NCBI GenBank assembly: GCA_041649315.1 | Contig: JBAZNJ010000002.1 | Location: forward strand, 851-64,850 | Reading direction: 5' to 3' | Source: Patescibacteria group bacterium | GTDB taxonomy: Bacteria; Patescibacteriota; Patescibacteriia; Patescibacteriales; UBA12465 | DNA length: 64,000 nt | Part shown: positions 44,614-54,727 of the stretch, piece by piece | Layout: each line of letters opens with the position of its first letter | How positions within the stretch are numbered: position 1 is the first letter of the stretch | Notes under the pieces: generated by a model | The model's input: the letters and a program-made list of their open reading frames with translations, nothing else | What the model was told of the DNA's origin: nothing | The model's database searches: none | Made by a program: the position numbers and the translations under genes

Positions 44614-45660
44614 ATGGAATTCCAGGTTATTAAAATTTTATTCATCTCGACTTTAGCTTTTGTTTTTGCGATTTCTGTCGCCCCGCTTTTAACTAATTTT
44701 TTATATAAGTATAAATTAGGAAAAAAAATCCGTTCAAACGGCGCGACGCCGATTTTTACCAAGCTCCATGCACATAAGGCCGGCACGCCGACTATGGGTG
44801 GTATTTTGGTTTGGGGGACTTTATTGATTATTATTTTTCTTTTTTATTTTTTGGGCCGGATTTGGCCGGACGGAATTTTAAGCCATTTGAATTTTTTATC
44901 GCGGCCGGAAACTTTATTGCCGCTCGGCGCCTTGATCGCTTCGGCGTTCATCGGACTTTTTGATGACTGGCTTGATGTGCGGGGGAAGGGTGTTCTCGGC
45001 GGCGGCGGCTTGAAATTACGCCATCGTCTTTTGATTTATACTTTGATTGCTTTAATTGGCGCGCTTTGGTTTTATTATAAATTGGATTGGACGGTTTTTC
45101 ATATTCCGTTTTTAGGAAATTTTGAAATTGGTATTTGGTATATTCCGGTTTTTATCTTTATTATTGCCGCGGCTTCTTTTTCCGTTAATGAAACCGATGG
45201 CCTGGACGGCTTGGCCGGCGGGACATTATTGATTGCTTTTGCTTCTTACGCGGTAATTTCTTTTGCGCTTGGCCGCTATGAACTCGCGACTTTTTGCGGC
45301 GTGATTATCGGGGCTTTGCTGGCTTTTTTATGGTTTAATATTCCGCCGGCTCGTTTTTATATGGGGGACACCGGCTCAATGAGTTTGGGCGTAACTTTAG
45401 GAATCATCGCCATGTTAACCAATACTTCCTTATTATTGCCGTTTATCGGTTTGATTTTTTTAGTTGAGTCCTTGTCGGTGATAATCCAGGCCTTATCAAA
45501 GAAATTTCGGGGCAAGAAAATAATTCTGTCTTCACCGGTTCATCATCATTTTCAAGCCATTGGCTGGCCCGAGGCAAAAGTAGTAATGCGTTTTTGGGTA
45601 ATCGCCGCGGTCGGCGCCGCCAGCGGCTTGATTATCTTCCTGCTTGATCAGAAATTTTAG
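44614..45660 (+). CDS. mraY: Phospho-N-acetylmuramoyl-pentapeptide transferase
   Basis: ...HAHKAGTPTMGG...FDDWLDV...VNETDGLDGLAGG...GDTGSMSLG...SSPVHHHFQ. Confidence 0.95.
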   Translation: MEFQVIKILFISTLAFVFAISVAPLLTNFLYKYKLGKKIRSNGATPIFTKLHAHKAGTPTMGGILVWGTLLIIIFLFYFLGRIWPDGILSHLNFLSRPETLLPLGALIASAFIGLFDDWLDVRGKGVLGGGGLKLRHRLLIYTLIALIGALWFYYKLDWTVFHIPFLGNFEIGIWYIPVFIFIIAAASFSVNETDGLDGLAGGTLLIAFASYAVISFALGRYELATFCGVIIGALLAFLWFNIPPARFYMGDTGSMSLGVTLGIIAMLTNTSLLLPFIGLIFLVESLSVIIQALSKKFRGKKIILSSPVHHHFQAIGWPEAKVVMRFWVIAAVGAASGLIIFLLDQKF

Positions 45661-45753
45661 GTAGCCAAACGGGCGGGAGTGATAAGCTTTGCTGCCGGAA
45701 GAAAATTTTTTGGCGGAATTAAATGGCATTTGGCGACAGACCCTAAATAATTT

Positions 45754-46923
45754 ATGCCCATAAACAATCGGAGAAAAAATCGGCCGGGGAAAATATTTTC
45801 TTCCTCGCCTAACGAGCATGAAGCGGATAAAAGTTTATTGGCGGCCTTGGCCGTTCTTTTGCTTTTCGGCTTAGTGATGCTGTTTAGCGCTTCTTCAGTT
45901 GTTTCTTACACCCGTTTCGGTAATACTTACCATTATTTTTTGCGTCAATTTTTTAGCCTGATTGTCTCTCTAGGTCTTTTCTGGTTTGCGTCGAAAATGA
46001 ATTACCATTGGTGGAAAAAATTTGCCGGCGTGTTTTTAGTTTTTTCCATTGGCTTATTGCTGTTGGTTTTTATTCCCGGTCTGCGTTCGGAATACGGTTC
46101 GGCGCGGAGTTGGATTAATATTTTCGGTTTTTCTCTTCAACCCTCGGAATTAGTAAAAATATCCTTTTTAATTTATCTGGCCGCCTGGCTGGAGGTTAAG
46201 AGGCACGCTTTAAAAAGCTGGTCTGGTGGCGTCTTACCCTTTTTAATCGTTTTAGGTATTATCAGCGCCTTGATGATTGCTCAGCCGGATATCGGGACTT
46301 TATCAATTATCGCGGTTTCCGCCGTAGCTGTATTTTTTGTTGCCGGGGGCCGGATTTCCCATATCCTTGGCGGTGTGGTAGTCGCAGTAATGATTCTATC
46401 AATCATTATCAGTTCCGGATCTTCAAGTTATGAATCAGATCGTTTCAAATGTTTAAAAGATCCGAGTTATAGCCCGAACGATAAATGCTATCAGATTAAC
46501 CAATCCTTGATTGCGGTCGGTTCCGGCGGTTTATTCGGTCGCGGTATCGGCCAGAGCCGCCAGAAATTTTTATATTTGCCCGAGGTTTGGGCGGACGCGA
46601 TTTTTCCGATTATCGCCGAAGAGACCGGTTTTATTTTTAGCACACTCTTGATTCTACTTTATCTTTTCGTTTTTTATCGCGGTTTGCTTATCGCGCGCGC
46701 CGCGCCCGATCTTTTCGGTGGCGCTTTGGCGGCCGGGATTGTAGTTTGGCTAGCGGCGCAAACTTTTTTAAATATCGGCGGCATGATTAACTTAATTCCG
46801 ATGACCGGCGTGCCTTTGCCTTTTGTTTCTTCCGGCGGCTCCGCGACTTTGGCGGCCTTGCTGGCGATGGGAATTTTAGTTAATATCAGTAAGCATACTA
46901 AAGGGAAGATGAGTCGGAATTAA
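45754..46923 (+). CDS. ftsW: SEDS-family peptidoglycan polymerase FtsW (FtsW/RodA family)
   Basis: ...RSWINIFGFSLQPSELVKI...QPDIGT...LPEVWADAIFPIIAEETGF...PLPFVSSGGSA. Lies between mraY and murG. Confidence 0.85.
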   Translation: MPINNRRKNRPGKIFSSSPNEHEADKSLLAALAVLLLFGLVMLFSASSVVSYTRFGNTYHYFLRQFFSLIVSLGLFWFASKMNYHWWKKFAGVFLVFSIGLLLLVFIPGLRSEYGSARSWINIFGFSLQPSELVKISFLIYLAAWLEVKRHALKSWSGGVLPFLIVLGIISALMIAQPDIGTLSIIAVSAVAVFFVAGGRISHILGGVVVAVMILSIIISSGSSSYESDRFKCLKDPSYSPNDKCYQINQSLIAVGSGGLFGRGIGQSRQKFLYLPEVWADAIFPIIAEETGFIFSTLLILLYLFVFYRGLLIARAAPDLFGGALAAGIVVWLAAQTFLNIGGMINLIPMTGVPLPFVSSGGSATLAALLAMGILVNISKHTKGKMSRN

Positions 46924-46935
46924 TAAAATAGAATT

Positions 46936-48159
46936 ATGATTGATAATAATCAGAAAAATAATCAGATAAGAAGAATAATGTTAGCCGGCGGCGGGACCGG
47001 CGGTTCGGTTTTGCCGCTTTTAGCCGTGGCCGAGGAATTATTGAAAACCGAGGTCGTGGCCGGAGAAAGGGCACTTAAGACCGGTTCGGCGACTGATGCT
47101 TTACCTGGACAAAAGCGATTAGAAATAGTTTTTGTCGGCACGACTAGAGGCCCGGAAAAAGAGATGGTCGCGGATTTTAATAGCCGGATTGGAAACATGA
47201 AATTTATTCCGCTCTCCGGCGGGAAATGGCGCCGTTATTTTTCTTGGCAGAATTTTTTTGATGTTTTTAAGATCATCATTGCTTTTTTTAAATCGTTTAG
47301 GATTTTGCGCCGAGAGCGGCCGGAAATCATAATTAGCGCCGGCAGTTTTATCGCCGTGCCGCTTGTTTGGGCGGCGGCGCTTAAAAAGATTCCGATCTTA
47401 GTCCATCAACAGGATATCCGTCCCGGTTTGGCCAATAAATTGATGGCGCCGTTCGCCCGGGTAATCACGGTCGCGTTTGAAAAATCTTTAGCCGATTATG
47501 GACCGCGTGCGGTTTTAACCGGCAATCCGGTGGCGAGCGCGGTTGAACAGCAAGGGAGGGAACAAGGCGGCCAAATCCGTGATTGGTACGGGCTTAGTCC
47601 GGATCAACCTTTGATTTTAGTAATCGGCGGCTCAACGGGCGCGAGTGCGCTTAATAAGTTAGTCGCGGCGGCCGCTCCTGAATTATCGCGTTTTTGCCAG
47701 ATTGTCCATATCACCGGAAAAGGGAAGACGATAGAAAATGATGCGGGCGGGGAGGGACAGGTTGAAAATGTTGGCACGGAGAATAATGCCTACCATGTTT
47801 TTGAATTTTTAAATTATGATAATTTATTGGTTTTGCTGGCGAGCGCGGATTTAGTCGTTTCTCGTTGCGGTTTAGGCGCTTTAACCGAATTATCCGCTTT
47901 AGAAAAGCCGGCGATTTTAATTCCGATGCCGCGAACTCATCAGGAAGATAACGCCGCGGTTTTCGCGGCGGCGGACGCGGCCGTAGTTTTAAATCAAGAC
48001 GAACTTACGCCGGAGAAATTAACGACGGCCATAAAAAAAATCCTGGAAGATCCGGGATTAAGAAGTGCGTTAAGCCGGAATATCGGTAAAGTTATCAAGC
48101 GCGGCGCGGCCGCGAGTATTGCCGGAATAGTTTGGGAGATTGTGGGGGATAAAATTTAA
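46936..48159 (+). CDS. murG: UDP-GlcNAc:lipid I N-acetylglucosaminyltransferase MurG
   Basis: IMLAGGGTGGSVLPLLAVAEEL...HQQD...GGSTGA...VSRCGLGALTELSALEKPAILIP. Carries two lineage-specific inserts. Confidence 0.9.
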   Translation: MIDNNQKNNQIRRIMLAGGGTGGSVLPLLAVAEELLKTEVVAGERALKTGSATDALPGQKRLEIVFVGTTRGPEKEMVADFNSRIGNMKFIPLSGGKWRRYFSWQNFFDVFKIIIAFFKSFRILRRERPEIIISAGSFIAVPLVWAAALKKIPILVHQQDIRPGLANKLMAPFARVITVAFEKSLADYGPRAVLTGNPVASAVEQQGREQGGQIRDWYGLSPDQPLILVIGGSTGASALNKLVAAAAPELSRFCQIVHITGKGKTIENDAGGEGQVENVGTENNAYHVFEFLNYDNLLVLLASADLVVSRCGLGALTELSALEKPAILIPMPRTHQEDNAAVFAAADAAVVLNQDELTPEKLTTAIKKILEDPGLRSALSRNIGKVIKRGAAASIAGIVWEIVGDKI

Positions 48160-48171
48160 TAAAATAAAAAA

Positions 48172-48191
48172 GCCCTCAAGATTTAGAGGGC
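48172..48191 (-). terminator. Hairpin terminator for the small minus-strand gene (also marks the murG 3' end)
   Basis: gccctc (48172-48177) pairs with gagggc (48186-48191). The A-run at 48166-48171 becomes a U-tract on the minus strand. Confidence 0.5.
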
Positions 48192-48212
48192 CGGGGCATA
48201 ACGATTATTTTA

Positions 48213-48410
48213 TTATTTTTTTAAATTATCTATTCGGTCAAGGACGGAATAGAAACTTAAGCAAAGGATAAAAGCTATAATCATTCCTATTAAACAGATT
48301 AGATGATTTGTGTGTTCCAGTGTATTCGGTACTATTTTCCCCCCAATAAGGCTAGTTATTAGTATTAGAATAAAACATAAACCAGCAAAGATTAAAAAAA
48401 CTGTTTTCAT
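48213..48410 (-). CDS. Small hypothetical membrane protein (65 aa, 2 TM)
   Basis: MKTVFLIFAGLCFILILITSLIGG.... The longer 48213..48677 ORF overlaps the murC start and is rejected. AT-rich. Confidence 0.3.
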   Translation of the reverse strand: MKTVFLIFAGLCFILILITSLIGGKIVPNTLEHTNHLICLIGMIIAFILCLSFYSVLDRIDNLKK

Positions 48411-48474
48411 GATTTTATTTATTAGGTTAAACAATTGTAAAAGAATTAAATTATTATAGCATATTTTAAATAAA

Positions 48475-49827
48475 ATGTCAATAGATAAAAAACCTAAGAA
48501 TAACCCGGTAAAAACCATATACCTAATCGGCCTTAAAGGCGTGGGCATGACTATGTTGGCGCAGTTTTTAGCGGCGCAGGGCCATAAGGTGAGCGGTTCG
48601 GACATTAAGGAGAGTTTTATGACCGATAAGGTTTTGCGCCGGGCAAAGATTAAGGTTTTTTCTCCCTTTGCCGCCAAAAATATTCCGGCTCAAGCCAATA
48701 CGATAATTTATTCAACCGCTTATAACCCGAAAACTAATCCGGAACTAGCCTTTATAAAAAATAATCCGGCGCGATTTAAAAATGTCCGTCTCTTGTCTTA
48801 TCCGGAGGCGCTCGGTGAAATTTTTAATCAATATTATGGTGTCGCCGTTATTGGCAGTCATGGCAAAACCACGATTACCGCTTGGCTCGGTTATATTTTA
48901 GAAAAGGCCGGCCTAAACCCGAACGTCTTAGTCGGCTCTTACGTGCCACAATTTAAGGGCAGTAGTTTAATCGGAAAGTCGAAATATTTTGTCGCCGAAG
49001 TTGATGAATATCAGAATAAATTAAAATATTTTAATCCCCGCGGTGTCGTGCTTAATAATATTGATTACGATCATCCGGACTTTTTTAAAGACAAAAAAGC
49101 TTATGATCAGGTCTTTGTGGATTTTATTAAAAAAATTTCTCGGGATGGCTGGCTGGTGGTTAATAAAGATGACCCCAGAGCCGCGGCGGTCGCGAAATTC
49201 TGTCGTGGCCGGGTGATTTTTTATTCCGCTAAAGACTTTAAAAAATCCGGTGTGCGTTCCGGTTTGCCGGGCCAACATAATCTCTATAACGCCCAAGCGG
49301 TGTTTACCGCGGCGCGCCAGTTGCGCGTGCCGGTCGTAAAAATTAAAAAATATCTGCCGGAGTTTAAGGGAACGGATCGCCGTTTGCAGATCATGGGCCG
49401 TTATCATGGCGCGACGATTATTGACGATTACGCGCATCATCCGACGGAAATCAAGGCCAGCTTAAACGCGATGCGTGAAAAATATCCGCGGCAAAAAATA
49501 ATTACGGTTTTTCATCCCCATACTTTCTCCCGCACCAAAGCGCTATTTAAAGATTTTGCGCGCAGTTTCGCCGGCACTGACGAATTAATAATTTTAGACA
49601 TTTATGGCTCGGCGCGCGAAAAACAGGGCGGGGTGTCTAGCCGGCAGTTGGCGGACGCGATTGTAAAATTCAATCGCACTAATAAGATGTCGCAAGAAGT
49701 TAAAACTATTGCGACCATTCCGGCTGCGGCCGCGTACCTGCGCCGCCGTTTGAAAGCCGGAGAAGTTTTATTACTCATGGGCGCCGGCGATGTATTCCGG
49801 GTTGGGGAGAGATTATTGAAGGTTTAG
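48475..49827 (+). CDS. murC: UDP-N-acetylmuramate--L-alanine ligase
   Basis: IYLIGLKGVGMTMLAQFLAAQGHKVSGSD...AVIGSHGKTTITAW...DDYAHHPTEI. Confidence 0.9.
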   Translation: MSIDKKPKNNPVKTIYLIGLKGVGMTMLAQFLAAQGHKVSGSDIKESFMTDKVLRRAKIKVFSPFAAKNIPAQANTIIYSTAYNPKTNPELAFIKNNPARFKNVRLLSYPEALGEIFNQYYGVAVIGSHGKTTITAWLGYILEKAGLNPNVLVGSYVPQFKGSSLIGKSKYFVAEVDEYQNKLKYFNPRGVVLNNIDYDHPDFFKDKKAYDQVFVDFIKKISRDGWLVVNKDDPRAAAVAKFCRGRVIFYSAKDFKKSGVRSGLPGQHNLYNAQAVFTAARQLRVPVVKIKKYLPEFKGTDRRLQIMGRYHGATIIDDYAHHPTEIKASLNAMREKYPRQKIITVFHPHTFSRTKALFKDFARSFAGTDELIILDIYGSAREKQGGVSSRQLADAIVKFNRTNKMSQEVKTIATIPAAAAYLRRRLKAGEVLLLMGAGDVFRVGERLLKV

Positions 49828-49842
49828 ATTTGTGTTTTTATT

Positions 49843-51645
49843 ATGGAAAAAATAAAAGAAGAAAAAGACGAAAAAAAGTCCGTCAAGCCGACTTTGCCTT
49901 GGCGGAAATTTTGGACGGAATTATGGAAATTATTAAAACCTTTCCGCCGGCTTTTTTTAACGATTACCGCGATTACGATTATTGCCGGCCTTTTGAATTT
50001 GGCTAAGCCGTATATTTTAAAGATGGTTATTGACGGCTTAGGTGATTTAAGCGCCGAGTCCTGGCATTTTTTCTTAAAACTCATCGCTTTATATTTAGCA
50101 ACCGATGAATTTCTATCTTTTATCAGGTATTTAAGCGACCGTCGGATTTTGAAGCTATTGGTTGATTTAGAGTATTTCTTGAATGTCCGGGCGCAGGAAA
50201 AATTGGTTAATTTGAGTTTAGGCTATCATGAACGGGAGAATACCGGCAGCAAGATAATTAAAATTGAAAAAGGGGCTGATAAGATTTCCGAATTTTTAGG
50301 TAATTTTTTTTGGGAGGCCTTGCCGACTTTTTTGCAGATGATAATCGCCTGTGGTGCCTTACTTGTCATGGATTGGCGCATCGGTTTGTCTTTTTTCTTT
50401 TTTGCCGGCCTGTTCGTCGTTATTACTTATTGGTCAAACCGGCGGATGTATCCGGTGCGGAAAAAGATTTTTAAGGATTATGAGGTCGCTTCCGGCAAGA
50501 TGGGCCAAGCGATTATCAACATTAACGCCGTCCAATCTTTTAGCCAGGAAGATCGGGAGTTAAGCGAGTTTGAAAAAATTCGTGCCCGTTTAAGCGCGAA
50601 CGAGAACCGGCAATGGGGTTGGATGATGAAAGTCGGGCTTGGGCGCAACGTGCTGGTTGATTTCGGCCGGGCCGCGGTTTTATTCATCGGCGCTTATTTA
50701 GTTTTGCATAATTCAATCAGCGTCGGCTCCTTAATTTTTATTTTAACTTTAAGCGAACAGGCCTATGGCTCCTTGTATCGCCTCTCGCGTTTTTATGACC
50801 GGATGGAAGAGGGCCGGGAAGGGGTCAATCGCTTAATTGTCCTATTTAACGCGGCTTCGGAAATAGTAAATAAAGAAAATGGAATAAAACCGAAAAACCT
50901 AATCGGCGAAATTGAATTCCAAAACGCTTCCTTCCATTACGCCAATAACGAGCGGGTCGCGGTTAAGAATTTAAATTTTAAAATAAATTCCGGTTGTGTA
51001 ACTGCATTGGTCGGACCGTCGGGCGGAGGCAAAACTACGGTTGCCCGTCTTATTTACCGCCATTACGATCCACAGAGCGGTCGGGTTTTGCTTGACGGAA
51101 AAGATCTGCGCGATTACGACTTGCATGCCTTTCGGAAATTTTTAGCTATCGTGCCGCAGGAAGTAGAAATTTTTGATATCAGCGTGGCGGAAAATATTGC
51201 TTATGCTTATCCCGACGCCAGTCGAGAGGAGATAAAAGCGGCGGCGCGCATCGCTAACGCCGAAGAATTTATTAATAAGTTAAGCGATGGTTATGAGACC
51301 TTGGTCGGTGAGCGGGGGATAAAATTATCCGGCGGTCAGCGTCAACGAATCGGTATCGCCCGGGCGATTCTGGCTAATCCCCGGATTTTAATTTTTGATG
51401 AGGCGACTTCTAATTTAGACAGCCAGAGCGAACGCTTGATTCAAGATGCGATGAATAAGATTAGCCGGAATCGGACCATGATTATTATTGCCCATCGTTT
51501 AAGCACGATTAAGCGCGCTGATAAGATTATTGTTTTAGAAAAGGGTCGGGTCCTTGAAGAAGGCAGTCATCTTGAACTCGCCCAGGTTTCCGGCGGACTT
51601 TATGCCGAGCTTTTGAAGTTGCAGAAGATGGGGGAGGTGGATTGA
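49843..51645 (+). CDS. ABC exporter, fused permease-ATPase (MsbA/multidrug-exporter type)
   Basis: Six-TM exporter domain, then GPSGGGKTT (Walker A), LSGGQRQRIGIARA (signature) and ILIFDEATSNLD (Walker B). Confidence 0.9.
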   Translation: MEKIKEEKDEKKSVKPTLPWRKFWTELWKLLKPFRRLFLTITAITIIAGLLNLAKPYILKMVIDGLGDLSAESWHFFLKLIALYLATDEFLSFIRYLSDRRILKLLVDLEYFLNVRAQEKLVNLSLGYHERENTGSKIIKIEKGADKISEFLGNFFWEALPTFLQMIIACGALLVMDWRIGLSFFFFAGLFVVITYWSNRRMYPVRKKIFKDYEVASGKMGQAIININAVQSFSQEDRELSEFEKIRARLSANENRQWGWMMKVGLGRNVLVDFGRAAVLFIGAYLVLHNSISVGSLIFILTLSEQAYGSLYRLSRFYDRMEEGREGVNRLIVLFNAASEIVNKENGIKPKNLIGEIEFQNASFHYANNERVAVKNLNFKINSGCVTALVGPSGGGKTTVARLIYRHYDPQSGRVLLDGKDLRDYDLHAFRKFLAIVPQEVEIFDISVAENIAYAYPDASREEIKAAARIANAEEFINKLSDGYETLVGERGIKLSGGQRQRIGIARAILANPRILIFDEATSNLDSQSERLIQDAMNKISRNRTMIIIAHRLSTIKRADKIIVLEKGRVLEEGSHLELAQVSGGLYAELLKLQKMGEVD

Positions 51646-51756
51646 TTGTTTCCAATTTTATTTGATTCTTATTATAATAAAATTACTACTGCTTGTAGAA
51701 TATAATAATTAATCCATAGAACATAAATTAATTCATCTATAAAATATAATCAAGTC

Positions 51757-52776
51757 ATGTTAAACATCGAAAAAAACAAGCCCTTGGCTCCTTATACGAC
51801 TCTTAAAATCGGCGCGGCCGCCGAGTTTTTTGCCGCTATAAAAAGCAAAGAAGATTTATTAGAAGCGATTGCTTGGGCGAGAAAAAATAAAAAGCCGATT
51901 TGGATTTTAGGCGGCGGTTCCAATGTTTTAATTTCCAAAAAAATCAAAGGTTTGGTTTTAAAGAATGAGATTAGGGGGATGGATATTATTAAAAAGAATA
52001 AAGATTACGCTTTTGTCGAAGCAAAGTCTGGCGAGTCCTGGACTAAGTTTGTTAATTTTACCGTTGAACAGGGGCTGTCAGGCTTGGAAAATTTATTTTT
52101 AATCTATGGCACGGTCGGGGCCGCTCCAGTCCAGAATATTGGCGCTTACGGCGTAGAACTTAAGGACGTCTTTTATCATCTGCGCGCCATTGACTTAAGA
52201 ACCGGCCACGAGAAGATTTTCGCGCTTAAAGATTGCCGCTTCGGTTATCGAGATAGTGTTTTTAAAAACCGCTTAAAAGGAAAATATTTTATTTATTCCA
52301 TAACCGTAAAATTAAAGCGCCAGCCGAATTTTAAATTAGATTATGGTTCAATTCGTGAGGTGTTGGCTATTAAAGGTATAAAAAAACCGACCGCGCGCCA
52401 GCTGATTAGCGTTATCCAGGAGATTCGCAATAGCAAGTTGCCTAATCCGGGCTTATTTCCTAACGCCGGTTCGTTTTTTAAGAATATTGAGATTAGTACA
52501 GTGAAATTTAAAAACATTAAAGCCAAGTATCCGGATGTGCCGAGTTGGCCAACCGGACCGGGTAAAGTCAAGGTTCCGGCCGCCTGGCTGATCGAGCAAG
52601 CCGGGTTTAAAGGGAAAAAAATTGGTCCAGTCGGCATGCACGAGAAACAGGCGCTTATTTTAGTTAATTATCAAGGGGCTAAGGCGCAACAGGTTTTAGC
52701 TTTAATGAAAAAAGTAAAGGGCACCGTCAAAAGAAAATTCGGCCTTGATTTAGAGGAAGAAGTTAATGTAATATGA
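51757..52776 (+). CDS. murB: UDP-N-acetylenolpyruvoylglucosamine reductase
   Basis: ...LAPYTTLKIGAAAEFF...ILGGGSNVL...GAAPVQNIGAYG...AGSFFKN...PAAWLIEQAGFKG. Confidence 0.92.
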   Translation: MLNIEKNKPLAPYTTLKIGAAAEFFAAIKSKEDLLEAIAWARKNKKPIWILGGGSNVLISKKIKGLVLKNEIRGMDIIKKNKDYAFVEAKSGESWTKFVNFTVEQGLSGLENLFLIYGTVGAAPVQNIGAYGVELKDVFYHLRAIDLRTGHEKIFALKDCRFGYRDSVFKNRLKGKYFIYSITVKLKRQPNFKLDYGSIREVLAIKGIKKPTARQLISVIQEIRNSKLPNPGLFPNAGSFFKNIEISTVKFKNIKAKYPDVPSWPTGPGKVKVPAAWLIEQAGFKGKKIGPVGMHEKQALILVNYQGAKAQQVLALMKKVKGTVKRKFGLDLEEEVNVI

Positions 52777-52788
52777 AGATAAATTAAT

Positions 52789-54702
52789 ATGACTAGTTTT
52801 GAACTCCGCCAGAAATATTTAGATTTTTTTAAAGCGAAAGATCACGCCGTGATTTCGAGCGCTTCTTTGATTCCGGAAAATGATCCGACCGTTTTGTTTA
52901 CGACCGCGGGCATGCATCCGCTCGTGCCTTATTTATTAGGCGAGAAGCATCCGGCCAGAACGCGTTTAGTGAATGCGCAAAAATGTATCCGGACCGGCGA
53001 TATCGAGGAGGTCGGCGACGCAACGCATCATACTTTTTTTGAGATGATGGGCAATTGGTCGCTTGGTGATTATTTTAAAAAAGAATCCATTGCTTATAGC
53101 TGGGAGTTTTTAACCGGCAATAATGATAAGTGTCTTGGTTTGGATAAGAATCGCTTGGCCGTTTCTGTTTTTCAGGGCGACGCTGATGCGCCTTTTGACG
53201 AGGGGGCCTATAATATCTGGTCGGAAATTTTTAAACAGAATAATCTTCCGCTTGAACGCATCGCAAAATTGCCGAAGAAAAATAATTGGTGGGGACCGGC
53301 CGGACAGACCGGACCCTGCGGGCCGGATACGGAAATTTTTTATTGGGTCGGCGATCCGGATAAAATACCGGCTGGTTTTAACGATGACAATAATCTTTGG
53401 GTGGAAATCTGGAATAATGTTTTCATGGAATATAATAAGAATGCTGAAGTAAAGTTTGAGCCCTTGAAACAGAAAAATGTTGATACTGGTTTGGGCTTGG
53501 AGCGGGTTTCAGCGGTAATTAATGGCTTAGATGATAATTATAAGACGGATTTGTTTATAGATATCATAAAAAAATTAGAGGAGTTAAGCGGTCGAAAGTA
53601 TGGCGCGGATTCGGAAACGACGCGAGCGATGCGCATTATTGCCGACCATCTTAAAGCCGCGACTTTTATCATCGGCGATAATAAGGGCGTCACGCCATCC
53701 AACACCGACCAAGGTTATGTCGTGCGGCGCTTGATTAGACGGGCGATTCGCTATGGACGGCAGCTTGGTATCACTGAAAATGCCTGGATAGCTAAAATTG
53801 CGGCGGTTGTTATTGAAAATTATGAAGAAGTTTATCAAGAACTTAAAAATAATCAAGAATTTATTTTAGATGAATTTAACAAAGAAGAAGAAAAATTTAA
53901 TCGAACCTTGAATCGTGGTTTAAAAATTTTAAATACGCAAATATTGTCTGGAGATAAAGAGCTGATAAATAATGTTCCGGATGTAACCCAAGGTTTTACG
54001 CCAGGGGAGCTCACTGGGTTGTGGTTATTTAATCTTTATCAAAGCGAAGGGTTTCCTTTAGAGCTCTCTTTAGAGGAAATACAAAAAATCAGAGGCGCGC
54101 TGTCTTCGGATGAATTAGATAGATTAACTAAGGAGTTTGCCGCTGAACTTAAAAAACACCAAGAGCTTTCCCGCACGGCTTCGGCCGGGAAATTTAAGGG
54201 TGGCTTGGCTGACGCTAGCGAGGAGACCGTAAGGCTCCACACAGCCGCTCATCTGCTTTTAGCCGCGTTGCGCAAAGTTTTAGGCGATCATGTTGTTCAA
54301 AAGGGAAGTAATATCACGCCGGAACGCTTGCGGTTTGATTTTTCTCATTCGCAAAAAATGACGCCGGAGGAGATTGCCCGCGTCGAAGATTTGGTTAATG
54401 GCGCGATTGATCAAGATTTCAAGGTCGTTTGTGAAGAATTACCGCTTGAAGAAGCGAAGAAACGGGGAGCAATGGGCGTTTTTGATTCAAAATATGGAGA
54501 AAAAGTTAAGGTTTATACGGTTTGTCATCTTGATAATTCCGGTCAAAGCGATTTAAAAGATGCTTTTTCGCAAGAAATTTGCGGTGGGCCGCATGTTGAT
54601 TCAATTGGGACATTAGGCCATTTCAAGATTAAGAAGGAAGAAGCGTCTAGTGCTGGCGTGCGGCGGATTAAGGCGGTTTTAGAAAAATCTCCGACCTCTT
54701 GA
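52789..54702 (+). CDS. alaS: Alanyl-tRNA synthetase, short form (catalytic and editing domains, no C-Ala domain)
   Basis: 637 aa with FTTAGM, HHTFFEMMGNWSLGDYFK, WGPAGQTGPCGPDTEIF, and editing motifs HTAAHLL and CGGPHV. The protein ends just after ...AGVRRIKAV. Confidence 0.95.
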   Translation: MTSFELRQKYLDFFKAKDHAVISSASLIPENDPTVLFTTAGMHPLVPYLLGEKHPARTRLVNAQKCIRTGDIEEVGDATHHTFFEMMGNWSLGDYFKKESIAYSWEFLTGNNDKCLGLDKNRLAVSVFQGDADAPFDEGAYNIWSEIFKQNNLPLERIAKLPKKNNWWGPAGQTGPCGPDTEIFYWVGDPDKIPAGFNDDNNLWVEIWNNVFMEYNKNAEVKFEPLKQKNVDTGLGLERVSAVINGLDDNYKTDLFIDIIKKLEELSGRKYGADSETTRAMRIIADHLKAATFIIGDNKGVTPSNTDQGYVVRRLIRRAIRYGRQLGITENAWIAKIAAVVIENYEEVYQELKNNQEFILDEFNKEEEKFNRTLNRGLKILNTQILSGDKELINNVPDVTQGFTPGELTGLWLFNLYQSEGFPLELSLEEIQKIRGALSSDELDRLTKEFAAELKKHQELSRTASAGKFKGGLADASEETVRLHTAAHLLLAALRKVLGDHVVQKGSNITPERLRFDFSHSQKMTPEEIARVEDLVNGAIDQDFKVVCEELPLEEAKKRGAMGVFDSKYGEKVKVYTVCHLDNSGQSDLKDAFSQEICGGPHVDSIGTLGHFKIKKEEASSAGVRRIKAVLEKSPTS

Positions 54703-54727
54703 CAAGCGGCAATCTTATCTCTATAAT
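54699..54727 (+). promoter_or_regulatory. Consensus sigma-70 promoter (TTGACA-17 nt-TATAAT) for the infA-rpmJ-rpsM-rpsK-rpsD-rpoA-rplQ operon
   Basis: ttgaca at 54699-54704 overlaps the alaS stop codon, followed by a 17-nt spacer and tataat at 54722-54727. Confidence 0.6.

Noticed and set aside
48213-48677. 154-aa minus-strand ORF
   Set aside because: Its upstream two-thirds overlaps the murC start region and reads as non-protein-like sequence. Only the terminal 65-aa hydrophobic ORF (48213-48410) is kept, at low confidence.
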